From an uncultured Collinsella sp. (lineage in GTDB: Bacteria > Actinomycetota > Coriobacteriia > Coriobacteriales > Coriobacteriaceae), in the NCBI GenBank assembly GCA_902475425.1, contig CABRZJ010000002.1, positions 2,988-66,987 on the forward strand: 64,000 nucleotides of DNA, written 5' to 3'. Both the position numbers and the translations under genes were made by a program. This document shows, one piece after another, positions 9,655 through 23,411 of this stretch; the first letter of the stretch is position 1, and each line of letters starts with the position of its first letter. A model generated the notes under the pieces. The model saw nothing but the letters and a program-made list of their open reading frames with translations, made no database searches and had not been told where the DNA came from.

Positions 9655-12150
9655 ATGGAATCGTTGTACCGAAAGTATCGCCCGCTCACCTTCGACTCCG
9701 TGGTGGGCCAGCAGCATATCGTCTCGACGCTCGAGCACGCCATCACCGAGGGACGCCTGTCCCACGCCTACCTGTTCTGCGGACCGCGCGGCACGGGCAA
9801 GACCACCATGGCGCGCATCCTTGCCAAGGCGCTACTGTGCCGCAACGCCGAGGCGGCGCGCGCCGAGGGCGCAAGCGGCTGCATGCCCGACGGCACCTGT
9901 GAGGAGTGCGAGCTCATCGCCGAGGGCAACCACCCCGATGTCTACGAGCTCGATGCCGCAAGCCGCACGGGCGTGGACAATGTGCGCGAGGAGATCATCA
10001 ACTCCGTCAACTTTGCCCCGGTGCGCGGCAAGTACAAGATCTATATCATCGACGAGGTCCACATGCTCACGACGGCGGCGTTCAACGCGCTGCTCAAGAC
10101 GCTTGAGGAGCCGCCGGCGCACGTGATCTTTGTGCTGTGCACCACCGACCCGCAAAAGATTCTGGAGACCATCCTCTCGCGCTGCCAGCGCTTCGATTTC
10201 CACCGCATCGGCAACGAGGATATCGAGCATCGCCTGTCTTACGTGTGCGAGCAGGAGGGCTTCGATTACGACGACGAGGCGCTGGCCATCGTGGCGCGCC
10301 ATGCCAAGGGCGGCATGCGCGACGCGCTCTCCACGCTGGAGCAGCTGAGCGTTTTTGGCAACGGAGCCGTGCACGCGGACGATGCCCGCTCACTTTTGGG
10401 CGAGGTTTCGGACCAGATCCTGGGCGAGTTTGCCCGCGCCATCGCCGAGCGTGATATTGCTGAGCTCTATGGGCTCATTCGCGCGCAGGTCGAGGAGGGC
10501 AATGACCTGCTTGAGCTGACGCGCGACCTGGTGGCGCACGTGCGCGACGTGTATGTGGCCTGCGTTGTCGGTGCCCGTGCCGAGCTGTTTGAGGGCGGGG
10601 TCGAGCAGGCCGAGGCGCTTGCTGCCGAGGCCGCCGCCTTTGGCGAGCATTCGGCCGACCGTCTGGCCCGCGTGCTGACGGTGCTTGACGATGCCGCGCT
10701 GGAGATGAGGGGCGCGAGCGACGTGCGCCTGGTGCTCGAGATCGCCTGCACGCGCCTGGCACGTCCCGAGGCCGATCTGACCATTGAGGCCCTGGCCGAG
10801 CGCGTGGCACGCTTGGAGGCCATGGTTGCCAACGCCGCGGTGCCGGCGAGCGTGGCTGCTGCAGGTGCTGCGCCTGAAACTGTCTCGGCTGTACCTGCGG
10901 CGATGCAACAGCCGACACTGATCTCGGGTGCCCGAGCTACCGCTCCGACAACACCTGCCGTGCCCGCCGCTGCGTCTGCGCGCCAGGGCGGCATGCCCTG
11001 GGACCGAGGCACTGCCGCTCCGGCGACCCAGCCTGCGCCCGCGCCGACCCCCAAGCCTGCCGCGCTGACATCTCAGCCTACATCGGCTCCGATGTCTCAG
11101 CCCGTTGCGGCTCCCGCGCCTGCCGCCGCTCCGGCACCTAAGCCCCAGCTCAACAACGCCGCCCAGGTTGCTGCCGCCGGCGCCGCCGAGACCCCCGCGG
11201 TTGAGGATGCCGGCGAGCTCCAGCGCAAATGGGCCGAGGTCGTCGAGCGCGTCAAGGCCCAACAACCTTCTTATGCGGCTCTCCTGTTGAACGCTCGCGC
11301 TACGGCAGACGATGGTTCTAAGCTCACGGTCTCGTTCCCTACGGCATTTGCTATCAAGATGCTCGGGCGTGCTGATACACAGGCGGTGTTTTTGCCGACA
11401 GTCAGTGCGGTTTTCGGTCGTCGCACCGTCGACTATGTCTTGGATGGGGGTGGCACGCCGGCTCCTCAACATGAGGAGCATTCTCCATCTGCACGGGCTG
11501 CGGCATCTGCGGACCCGCAACCCGTGTCCTCGGCGGCCCCTGCATCCTCGAACGCCAGCGCGATGCAGCCAAAAGCGGCACCGGTAGCGGCACCGACCCC
11601 GTCGGCGCCTGAACCCGCTGCGCCCAAACCGGCTGCTCCGGTCCCCGCGCCCAAGCCCGCTGCCGCGCCTGCGCCCGAGTCATCCGACCTGGCCAAGGCC
11701 CCCTGGCTGCGCTCCGACAACCCCGCCGGCGCCCCCGCTACGGGTAAGCTCCCGACCGAACCCGCGCCCCGAGCGCCCGAGCGCGCGTCCGCTTCCAAGA
11801 CTCAGCCGTCTGCGCAGGCTGCGTCGTGGGAATCCGAGCAGGTGCCCTACGACGACGCCATGGTCGGCGGCTTCGCCGGCGATACGAGCGGGGAGGATCT
11901 TCCTCCGTTCGACGTGCCTGCCGCGGTGCCTGCGCCCAGCCCTGCCGCTTCAGCCGCGGCTCCCGCAGCTGCGACGTCCGCTCCCACAAGCGATGACGCC
12001 CCCGCTGCCCCTTGGGAGTCCAACCCCGGCGCCGGCAGTCTCTTCGGCCACCAGGGCGCAGCCCCGAGCATCCCGCAGACCGAGGATGAGGCCAAAGCCC
12101 TCATCCGCAACGTCTTTGGACAGGCCACCATCTTCAAACCGGTGGAGTAA
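9655..12150 (+). CDS. dnaX: DNA polymerase III subunit gamma/tau
   Basis: MESLYRKYRP start, GPRGTGKTT, DEVHML, SRCQRF, GGMRDALS. Long Pro/Ala-rich C-terminal linkers. RBS GGGGGAG. Confidence 0.96.
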   Translation: MESLYRKYRPLTFDSVVGQQHIVSTLEHAITEGRLSHAYLFCGPRGTGKTTMARILAKALLCRNAEAARAEGASGCMPDGTCEECELIAEGNHPDVYELDAASRTGVDNVREEIINSVNFAPVRGKYKIYIIDEVHMLTTAAFNALLKTLEEPPAHVIFVLCTTDPQKILETILSRCQRFDFHRIGNEDIEHRLSYVCEQEGFDYDDEALAIVARHAKGGMRDALSTLEQLSVFGNGAVHADDARSLLGEVSDQILGEFARAIAERDIAELYGLIRAQVEEGNDLLELTRDLVAHVRDVYVACVVGARAELFEGGVEQAEALAAEAAAFGEHSADRLARVLTVLDDAALEMRGASDVRLVLEIACTRLARPEADLTIEALAERVARLEAMVANAAVPASVAAAGAAPETVSAVPAAMQQPTLISGARATAPTTPAVPAAASARQGGMPWDRGTAAPATQPAPAPTPKPAALTSQPTSAPMSQPVAAPAPAAAPAPKPQLNNAAQVAAAGAAETPAVEDAGELQRKWAEVVERVKAQQPSYAALLLNARATADDGSKLTVSFPTAFAIKMLGRADTQAVFLPTVSAVFGRRTVDYVLDGGGTPAPQHEEHSPSARAAASADPQPVSSAAPASSNASAMQPKAAPVAAPTPSAPEPAAPKPAAPVPAPKPAAAPAPESSDLAKAPWLRSDNPAGAPATGKLPTEPAPRAPERASASKTQPSAQAASWESEQVPYDDAMVGGFAGDTSGEDLPPFDVPAAVPAPSPAASAAAPAAATSAPTSDDAPAAPWESNPGAGSLFGHQGAAPSIPQTEDEAKALIRNVFGQATIFKPVE

Positions 12151-12171
12151 CTGTGCGGGCGGGTACGCTGC

Positions 12172-12645
12172 TCAAGAAGAGATCTCTTTGTCCGGGCGCA
12201 TCTGTATTTCGGACATGTGTAGTGTGGTGCCGCGTATATCGCATTCGAGCAGACAGGCACGTGACGGTCGGCCTAGGATGCTGAGGTCGATACGATATGT
12301 CGCATGGCTGTCCGTGTACTCGACTTGCTCGGCGTTGACGGTTGCTCCGATTGTAAATAAAGAGCCCAGTTCGGCATCGACAATCTTGGAGTCCTTTATC
12401 TTGACCTTGAACTCTTGGTAGAGGGACGGGCTGTTGTAGTAAATGGTTCGGGTTCCGTCGGTGCACTCATCGGCCGCTTCCCATTTGACGACGGGCTGGT
12501 CCGAGCTGGCTATCAGCAGTTCTGCTCCAAAAGCTATGGCATGGGTGATGACAACCAGCAATGCCCAGCCGACAAAGAGATAGAGAACCACATATGCAAC
12601 GGGGTGTTTTGAGCGGATGTTTTGGAGCGCGTCGGGGACATTCAT
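12172..12645 (-). CDS. Hypothetical protein with an N-terminal TM helix
   Basis: GGAGGT RBS before ATG 12645. Lower-GC codon usage than neighbours. One hydrophobic segment. Confidence 0.6.
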   Translation of the reverse strand: MNVPDALQNIRSKHPVAYVVLYLFVGWALLVVITHAIAFGAELLIASSDQPVVKWEAADECTDGTRTIYYNSPSLYQEFKVKIKDSKIVDAELGSLFTIGATVNAEQVEYTDSHATYRIDLSILGRPSRACLLECDIRGTTLHMSEIQMRPDKEISS

Positions 12646-12986
12646 GGGGCACCTCCAAATTGCGATCTTTGACAATCAAATTTTACCATGCCGTCATGAG
12701 CGCCACCTCGAGCGGCGGTTTAGCATTTTGCTATCTAGCTGGATGCAGAAAATGCCGGGTTCCGGCCCTGCTAGATTTAATTTGAGACATTTATGCAGAT
12801 GCGAATTATTCAACTTTGCATAATCTTTGGGCGCGGCTTGCACTCCAGGGCATGTATATCGACTGAGGTAGCGTGTCCGCCCCGCTCGCTGACCTCGTGC
12901 CGTGGTACGATTTTTGAGTTTGAAAGCCCCGCCGCGTCCCGGCTGCCTTTGCAGCTCGTCGCGCGGCCGCACGTAAAGGAGCCATC

Positions 12987-13307
12987 ATGGCCGGTATGAA
13001 CATGCAGCAGATGATGAAGCAGGCCCGCAAGATGCAGGAGCAGCTTGCCGCCGCGCAGGAAAACCTCAAGTCCCAGACCGTCGATGCCTCTGCCGGCGGC
13101 GGCATGGTCAAGGTGACCGTTAACGGCGAGATGGAGCTCGTCAACCTCACCATCGACCCTGATGCGCTCGATCCCGAGGACGTCGATATGCTGCAGGACA
13201 TGATCATGGCTGCCGTCAACGAGGCCGTCCGCGGCGTCAACGAGCTCGCCAACAAGCAGATGGGCGCCATCACCGGCGGCCTCAACATCCCGGGCATGCC
13301 GTTCTAA
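12987..13307 (+). CDS. ybaB: YbaB/EbfC nucleoid-associated protein
   Basis: [20 protein letters not shown] and [12 protein letters not shown] motifs. Upstream of recR. Confidence 0.96.
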   Translation: MAGMNMQQMMKQARKMQEQLAAAQENLKSQTVDASAGGGMVKVTVNGEMELVNLTIDPDALDPEDVDMLQDMIMAAVNEAVRGVNELANKQMGAITGGLNIPGMPF

Positions 13308-13320
13308 GACACGCATATAT

Positions 13321-13917
13321 ATGAGTGCCAACCATAGCCTGCAAAAACTGCTCGATGAGTTGGGCCGCCTGCCGGGCATTGGCCCCAAGTCGGCCCAGCG
13401 CATCGCCTACTACCTGCTCGAGGCCGATGCCGAGGAGGCCCGCCGCCTGGCCGAGGCCATTCTGGAGGTTAAGCAGGAAGTGCATTTTTGCAGCCGCTGC
13501 TTTAATTACGCCACCGCTGACGAGTGCTCCATTTGCCAAGACTCGATGCGCGACACCACCCGCATCTGCGTGGTGGGTGAGCCGCGCGATGTCCAGGCGA
13601 TTGAGCGCACGGGCAGCTACCACGGCCTCTACCACGTGCTGGGCGGCGTGATCAGCCCCATGGACAAGATCGGTCCCGAGCAGCTGCACATCCGCGAGTT
13701 GCTGGCGCGCTTGGGCCACGAGGATATCCACGAGGTCATTATCGCCACCAACCCCAATATCGAGGGCGAGACCACGGCGAGCTACCTTGCTCGCACCATC
13801 AAGCCACTGGGCGTCGAGGTGTCGCGTCTGGCGAGCGGCCTGCCCGTGGGTGGCGACCTGGAGTATGCCGACGAGCTCACGCTCGGCCGCGCTATCGAGG
13901 CCCGCCGCGCGATTTAG
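13321..13917 (+). CDS. recR: Recombination mediator RecR
   Basis: [12 protein letters not shown]4 zinc finger, Toprim motifs EGETTA and GGDLEYAD. Confidence 0.97.
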   Translation: MSANHSLQKLLDELGRLPGIGPKSAQRIAYYLLEADAEEARRLAEAILEVKQEVHFCSRCFNYATADECSICQDSMRDTTRICVVGEPRDVQAIERTGSYHGLYHVLGGVISPMDKIGPEQLHIRELLARLGHEDIHEVIIATNPNIEGETTASYLARTIKPLGVEVSRLASGLPVGGDLEYADELTLGRAIEARRAI

Positions 13918-14162
13918 GTGGCGAGCCTGCTCCTGCCGTATGTTTTCTTCGCGACGCACGGGGTAGTCATAATTTCCCTGTGCGACTGTAAGTTTGTTGT
14001 GCAACAAAGATGCTTCGTATCCGCTTATCGCATGGATGCTTCCACTCGCATCCTTAATTTGCCCATTCGTTGCGCAACCTTTTGGGTTCGCTGATACACT
14101 CAAATATGGATTTGAATGAATGCGCCGCTCCCGAGCGGCGTGTTTTTCTTGGAGGAGAACGC

Positions 14163-15068
14163 ATGCGGCCCGGTGGCACTCAGACAAAGCGCGGCGCCGC
14201 GGTGCGCATGCGACGCCGACTGGGCTTGGCGCCGCGGGCGTACGCACTGCTATCGTGCTCGCTGGTGCTGGTCATAGCTGGCGTTTCTGCCTATGGCATG
14301 ACCGTGCCGTCCATGATGCAGGCGCATGCCGCACGCGAGCCGCGCGTGGGGCATGAGGTCAAAAGTGATCTGGGCACCACGACTGGATATGCTTGGGCAA
14401 GTGTGGTCGCGCATATTGTGTTTGGCACCGACGATGCGGATGGCGCCGAGGCCCCGGACAACGAAGTCACGCTTGCCAATGGCAAAACCATCGTGCTCAC
14501 CAACACCAAGATCATCGATCGGTTGTCCAACAATAGCGTGGCGGCAACGGTGAATAAGGTCGAGCAGCAGAAGGAGCAGGACGCCCAGCAGTCCGGAAAA
14601 CCCGGCAGCTCGGATACTTCTGGCTCCGGCTCGGATTCATCGAGTTCGGGCGGCGGCTCTGGGTCGGGTTCCTCTACCGGAGGGTCTGGAAACGGCGGCT
14701 CGACGGGCGGCAACACTGACAACGATGCAAACTCCGGTGGCCTTTCCGCTGCTGAAGAAGAGAGCATTCACAGTTGGCTTGTGACCAAGTACAACATGCT
14801 CGACGGCTATGTTTCTCGTGCCAATGACGTGGTCTCGACCTATAACTCTACGGGAGATCCCAGACCGTGCGACAGCCTGGTCGGGGAGATGTTTGTTATT
14901 CGAGCTGAGTTCGGTCGTCAGACATTCTCGCCCCGGTCAAAGTGGTATCAGCAGTATGCCAATCTGTGGGGCTGTTACACCAACCTATGTCAATGGGTCG
15001 GCCATTACGGCGATGATGACGTCGCGCTCGGTAACTTCAACAATAACGTGGCGGCGCTTGCCCTATGA
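14163..15068 (+). CDS. Hypothetical membrane-anchored protein with Gly/Ser-rich linker and C-terminal Cys/aromatic domain
   Basis: GGAGGAG RBS, TM helix near the N-terminus, GS low-complexity linker. Stop overlaps the next ATG (ATGA). Confidence 0.75.
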   Translation: MRPGGTQTKRGAAVRMRRRLGLAPRAYALLSCSLVLVIAGVSAYGMTVPSMMQAHAAREPRVGHEVKSDLGTTTGYAWASVVAHIVFGTDDADGAEAPDNEVTLANGKTIVLTNTKIIDRLSNNSVAATVNKVEQQKEQDAQQSGKPGSSDTSGSGSDSSSSGGGSGSGSSTGGSGNGGSTGGNTDNDANSGGLSAAEEESIHSWLVTKYNMLDGYVSRANDVVSTYNSTGDPRPCDSLVGEMFVIRAEFGRQTFSPRSKWYQQYANLWGCYTNLCQWVGHYGDDDVALGNFNNNVAALAL

Positions 15069-16909
15069 TGACCGATCTTGCATCCACCACACCACAATCG
15101 CTCGGTCGCGATCCCATGGTCGGCCTGCGCCTGGCGCGTGTCGACGGGTTTGAGCCGGCCATTGCGCTCGGTCAGGACGAACTGCCTGCCTATCTGCGTC
15201 GTTTTACGATGCTGTTTGCCGACGATGCCACCATGCGCCGTGGCGGTATCGGCCGCGTGACGCGTGCCGTCAACGCCCAAGGCGAGGCCGTGGCACTCAA
15301 GCAGCTCATCTTGCCGACGCGCGATGAGTTTGACGACGATGCCGCTCACGAGGCGCTGGTCGCCAAGTTCAAGGCGGCGTTTCGCGAGGAATACGAATGC
15401 CATCGCGCCCTTTCGGGCCTTAAGGGCTTTCCCCGCCTCTATGGCTGGGGCGAGGTCGACGGTGTGCCTGCAATTGTCATGGAATGGGTCGAGGGCGAGA
15501 CGCTTGCCCGCTTGCGTTCGCGACTCGCCGTGGACGATGCCGGACGCCTGTCGCCGCTTGTGGCGGCGCGTCTGGGTCGCGACCTGTTCGATCTGCTCTG
15601 CCGTATGAGCCTGGTGGGTGAGGGCTTTGTCCATCGCGATATCTCGCCCGCTAATATTATGGTGCGCACGGCGCGTCTACCGCTTGACCGGCAGCTTGCC
15701 GAGGGCACCTTTGACCTGTGCCTGATCGACTTTGGCTCGTCGCTGGCGCTTGAGCCTGCGTCGGCCGTGGCCGGTACCGGCGGCAAGGCATCCTTTACCG
15801 AGCGTTATGCCACGCTGCGTCGCGCGACGGTTGCCTATGCCCCGCCCGAGATGCTCACCGACGATATTCCCGATCTGCGCGCTTTGCGTATGTCGCCGGC
15901 GATCGACGTTTATGCCGCGGCAAGCACGGTTTACGAGCTCATTGCCGGCGTCGCGCCATACGAAGCCGCGCCGAGCACTTCGGGCACCTCGGGTTCGCGC
16001 AAAAAGACGCGCGACATCGCGAGCCCCTACCGTCTCAAGATGGACACGCGGCCCGACTATCCCATTGGTGCCCATGCGCCCGGTTGTGATTTGACTCAGC
16101 TGCTTCGTCGTGAGCCCGATGTGGCGCTCGCCGCGGCCGAGCAGGCCCAGCAGCTAGGGCTTGAGCCGGATTCCGAAGAGCTACGCGATGCGCTGGCGTT
16201 TGTCGATGCCCAGCTGTTCGACGTGGTGATGGCCTGTCTGTCCAGCCATCAAAAAGATCGTCCCGAGCCGGCGGCGGTCGAGGCGGCGCTCTCAGCGTTT
16301 TGTGACCACTATGCGCAAAATGTCGGCCGTTCGCTCCGCGGCGAGCCGCTCACGCCGTGCCCCATGGATGCGTCTGGCCGCGCGGTTCGTCGCGCGCTGA
16401 TGGTCGGCGCGACGGTCGTCTGTGGCGTGGTTTGGGCTGTGATCGTGGTTTCGGCCGCGCTGCTGGCGTCGGGCGCTCGCGTGACGGCGACTTTGGGATC
16501 GCTCGTGTGGTCTGGGTCGCTACCGGGTATTATTGCCGCACTGGCGTTGGCGCTGCCAGGCATAGCCGGCGTTGCCGCGGGGGCGCTTGCGCGCGATCGG
16601 CGCTCGGGCTTCCTGCAGGGTGTGCTTGCGCTTTCTGCCTGCGAGGTTCCGGTGCTGGTTGTGGCTGCATGTAGCGTATTTTCCCAACGCGCCGTGATGG
16701 GCGGCCTTGTTGCCGCTCTGGTTGCAACCTATACGCTTACGTGGTTTTTGCTTGCGATGGGCTTTGCCTTTGAACTTCCCGTTTCGGCACCGCGACGCAC
16801 AAAAGCCCAGATGGCGACTCCGCTTGCCGGTGGAGCCGCAGCTGCCCGTACTTTTGGCGGACCTGTCGAAGTATCGTCCGATTCTATTTCTACGACTAAG
16901 GAGGCCTAG
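15065..16909 (+). CDS. Ser/Thr protein kinase with about 4 C-terminal TM helices
   Basis: RGGIGRV, VALKQL, HRDISPANIM, IDFG, AYAPPE and DVYA motifs. Confidence 0.88.
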   Translation: MMTDLASTTPQSLGRDPMVGLRLARVDGFEPAIALGQDELPAYLRRFTMLFADDATMRRGGIGRVTRAVNAQGEAVALKQLILPTRDEFDDDAAHEALVAKFKAAFREEYECHRALSGLKGFPRLYGWGEVDGVPAIVMEWVEGETLARLRSRLAVDDAGRLSPLVAARLGRDLFDLLCRMSLVGEGFVHRDISPANIMVRTARLPLDRQLAEGTFDLCLIDFGSSLALEPASAVAGTGGKASFTERYATLRRATVAYAPPEMLTDDIPDLRALRMSPAIDVYAAASTVYELIAGVAPYEAAPSTSGTSGSRKKTRDIASPYRLKMDTRPDYPIGAHAPGCDLTQLLRREPDVALAAAEQAQQLGLEPDSEELRDALAFVDAQLFDVVMACLSSHQKDRPEPAAVEAALSAFCDHYAQNVGRSLRGEPLTPCPMDASGRAVRRALMVGATVVCGVVWAVIVVSAALLASGARVTATLGSLVWSGSLPGIIAALALALPGIAGVAAGALARDRRSGFLQGVLALSACEVPVLVVAACSVFSQRAVMGGLVAALVATYTLTWFLLAMGFAFELPVSAPRRTKAQMATPLAGGAAAARTFGGPVEVSSDSISTTKEA

Positions 16910-16912
16910 GTC

Positions 16913-17851
16913 ATGGCATCTCAAGTTGAGCTCACCCCATGCGGGGCCATGTTTGACATCTTTAAGCGCGCGGCGCATCTGAGCCATATCGAGCTGTGCG
17001 GCTTGGTGCTTTCGTCCCGTCCGCTCGCCGACGGCCGCAGCCCGCAGAGCCGAGCCGCCGATCGCTCTTGGGTTTCCCGCTTTATCGTTCGCGCGCCGGT
17101 CGGCACGCTTCAGCATCGCTACTTTGCCGAATACGGTACCTCGGCTGCGCGTATTATGTCGCAACTGGCCCTGCGCCAGCGCAATCCCATGGACTCCACG
17201 GCTGTGATCAATATGGTGTGCGGTCCTGCAGGTGAACCGATGGTACGCGCGCTCGAAGAGTGCCACCAGGACACGAATCTCTATCGCAACGCGCTCGATC
17301 GCCTGTCCCAGGCGGCGGAACTCATGCCCGCCGAGCGCGCCGAGGCCGTGCTGGTGCTGTTTGTCGCCGTCGGTTGTTCGGCGGATGTGCGGTCCTCGGT
17401 GAACTATGCCATCGACTACGCGCACGCGACCTGTGGCGGAGGCACATCCACGCCGCGTTCGCTTGGCATGTCGATGACCGCGGGCGAACGCGAACCCGCC
17501 CCGGCGCACCCCTTGGGCTTGCTGCGCGTACAAAACAGTTTTGTCGTGAGCGCCCCGCGCTGGATTCAGCCGAGTGAGCAGGGTGTTGAGATTGGCGCGC
17601 TGGCCACTGGCGAGGGCGATATTACCGACGTCGGCGACGATGTCTCGGCCCGCCATGCCCATATCTGGTGCGATGCTCAAAATATCTGGCACGTCGAGGA
17701 CTTGTCGTCCACCAACGGAACCGTGGTGGTAAACGGGGCCACGCGCGTCTGCATTCAGGTCGAACCCGGCCGTTCCGCCCAACTCAATCCCGGCGACGAG
17801 CTCAAGCTCGGCGAATCCACTACCTACGCCATTCTCTTCGGTGCCCTCTAG
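16913..17851 (+). CDS. FHA domain protein (C-terminal FHA, uncharacterised N-terminal domain)
   Basis: C-terminal VSARHA and DLSSTNGT. AAGGAGG RBS. Confidence 0.82.
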   Translation: MASQVELTPCGAMFDIFKRAAHLSHIELCGLVLSSRPLADGRSPQSRAADRSWVSRFIVRAPVGTLQHRYFAEYGTSAARIMSQLALRQRNPMDSTAVINMVCGPAGEPMVRALEECHQDTNLYRNALDRLSQAAELMPAERAEAVLVLFVAVGCSADVRSSVNYAIDYAHATCGGGTSTPRSLGMSMTAGEREPAPAHPLGLLRVQNSFVVSAPRWIQPSEQGVEIGALATGEGDITDVGDDVSARHAHIWCDAQNIWHVEDLSSTNGTVVVNGATRVCIQVEPGRSAQLNPGDELKLGESTTYAILFGAL

Positions 17852-17891
17852 CCGGCAGATAGGGACGTTCCTTTTAATATGAGCAGGACAT

Positions 17892-18194
17892 TGTCAAGAG
17901 GCAAAATCGGGCCTGGCCCCAACGATATGGGGTCAGGCCCTCTCCCTATATCAGCCCGTCCGCGGCGACCTCGGCGTGTCTTCCCGACGCTCGTCTTTGC
18001 AGTTTAATATCCGCCCGTGGCGATCTCTCGCTGGGCAATCCGTTGCTACGGCTGAGGCTTCTTCGTCGAACCGACAGTCTGTGCACGCGTATGGCGCCCT
18101 GGGCGCTCGCAGAAAAGGGACCTGAGGTTCGCCTCAACGGCTTCGGATCAAACCGCTTCCGGGGTGATCGGCTTATGTGCGGGGGACCGGCCCC
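17892..18194 (-). ncRNA. Candidate bridge/seek RNA in the IS downstream non-coding end
   Basis: About 300-nt region with several hairpins (e.g. 17909-17940) and short matches to the element ends and the reconstructed target. RNA boundaries unknown. Confidence 0.6.
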
Positions 18195-19307
18195 CTACGC
18201 CTCCTCGGCCATGAGGCCGACCGCCCACACCCAGCAGGCGAGCTCGCGCGCCGTGGCCACGTTCGCCTTGTTGCCGTGGACCCCGCGCGCGAGCAGCGCC
18301 TCCCGCCTCTCGACCAGCCTCCGCACGCCCTTGGCGGCATGCCTGCGGGCGACCCGGTCCGGGGCCTGGCCCTTGGCGAGGTCCTTCGGCCGCCCCGAGC
18401 ACGTCAGGTAGTGCCACGCGGCCTCGACCAGCGCCTTCCTCAGGTGCTTGTTGCCCGCCTTGGTGATCGCGCCCCTGCGGTCGCTCTCCCCGCTGGAGTG
18501 CTCGGAGGGCGTCAGGCCGACCCATGCGGCGAACGACCGGGCGTTCCTGAACCTCGAGAACTCGCCGGCCTCGAACACGAGGTCGGCGGCCGTCGCGGTG
18601 TCGACGCCCTTGAGGCAGCGCAGGGAGTCGACCCTCCTCCTCCACCTGGGCTTGCGGGCCTCGGCCTCGACGAGCCCCTCGAGCCTCGCCTTCTCCTCCG
18701 CCGCCCGCCTGACCGCGTCGACGTAGTAGGCGAGCACGTCGTTGTCGGCCCCCTCCGCGAACCTAATCGACTCGATCCAGGACCAGTGCGCCCGGGTCCA
18801 GTTGCCCTTCCTGCGGCCGGTGGGCGTCCTCTCGTCGAAGACGAGCCCGTGCCTTAGCAGGAACTTGGAGAGCCGCTGCTTCGAGCGCGAGAGGTCGTCC
18901 CTCGCGTCCTCGAGCGCCCTGGTCAGGTCGCGGGCGGCCTCGCACTCGTCGTCGGGGACCCACACCTCGACCACGTTGCCGACCGACAGCATGCGGGCGA
19001 GGAACTCGGCGTCGTTGCGGTCGTTCTTCCTGCGCCTGTCCGCGCTGGGCTTGATCATCTTCGAGACGGCGCCGACCACGCAGTCGACCCCCAGGCCGGA
19101 GAGCCTCTTCTGCAGGTCGAAGCCCGTGACCCCGGATTCGTACACGCACTTGGCCTTTGGGTCCACGGACCGCACCCACTCCGCGACTGCCCCGGCGTCG
19201 TAGCCGAAGGTCGCGCAGCGCACCTCCCCGGTCATGACGTCGAGGGAGACTGCCTTTATCGAGCGGGCGTGGACGTCGAGGCCGACGAAGGTGGTAGTAT
19301 CGAGCAT
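18195..19307 (-). CDS. IS110-family DEDD transposase/recombinase
   Basis: GLDVH, YESG and KNDRNDA (DEDD), plus C-terminal GLTPSEHSSG...ITKAGN. RBS GGAAGGGG. Confidence 0.96.
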   Translation of the reverse strand: MLDTTTFVGLDVHARSIKAVSLDVMTGEVRCATFGYDAGAVAEWVRSVDPKAKCVYESGVTGFDLQKRLSGLGVDCVVGAVSKMIKPSADRRRKNDRNDAEFLARMLSVGNVVEVWVPDDECEAARDLTRALEDARDDLSRSKQRLSKFLLRHGLVFDERTPTGRRKGNWTRAHWSWIESIRFAEGADNDVLAYYVDAVRRAAEEKARLEGLVEAEARKPRWRRRVDSLRCLKGVDTATAADLVFEAGEFSRFRNARSFAAWVGLTPSEHSSGESDRRGAITKAGNKHLRKALVEAAWHYLTCSGRPKDLAKGQAPDRVARRHAAKGVRRLVERREALLARGVHGNKANVATARELACWVWAVGLMAEEA

Positions 19308-19861
19308 GGGAGCCCCTTCCATGAATGCGGCGTGGCCGCCACGGTTGGATTAGACACTCACCATTGTCGGCCTAATCCGCGGTCTTTCATGCAGCAGGGG
19401 CTCTCAATGTTTTTATGTCCTGCTCATATCGTCTCTGCCGGCACTTGGGGACACTCCTTGGCGCACCAGAGCCGGTCGCCCAGGGATGGAGGGGCCATTT
19501 TGGCCCTTGGCAGTCACCCAAGGTAAACCTTTACCGCCCGCCTATATTTGCCGAAATTACACTTGACGGCGGGGTACAATAAACCCGCATGCGGATTTCC
19601 GTTGCGGGCGCTTCCCATCGCCGGGGCGTGCCCGGGAGCATCCGGCATGCGGCCTTTGCGGCGCTCGGTCATGTGCAAGACGGGTAGCTGGGCCTGTGGA
19701 GCGCGTGCAGCCCTCCTCGCCTTGGCATGCCTTCTCTCCACGCCATGTGCCTGCTGCTCAGTCTGCCTGCCAGATGATTGGAAGCAACAGCGAAAATCCC
19801 ATCACGCCAACATCCCGGCAATCGCCGGGGCCTGTATACCTATATGAGAGGAGAGGGGTAT

Positions 19862-23401
<3,540 letters not shown>

Positions 23402-23411
23402 GTCTCTCACC

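Larger units (their letters stand above)
17876..19434 (-). mobile_element. IS110-family insertion sequence, IS1111-like (subterminal inverted repeats, long 3' non-coding end)
   Basis: Perfect 15-bp IR ATATGAGCAGGACAT (17877-17891) / ATGTCCTGCTCATAT (19415-19429) around a DEDD transposase. No multi-bp target duplication. Exact ends uncertain by a few nt. Confidence 0.9.

Noticed and set aside
10850..12100. Programmed frameshift or tandem DNA repeat in dnaX
   Set aside because: No A-rich slippery site seen. The region is Pro/Ala low-complexity coding sequence typical of actinobacterial DnaX.
19440..19861. Riboswitch or small ORF upstream of nifJ
   Set aside because: GC-rich with possible hairpins, but no recognisable riboswitch consensus or convincing RBS-ORF.
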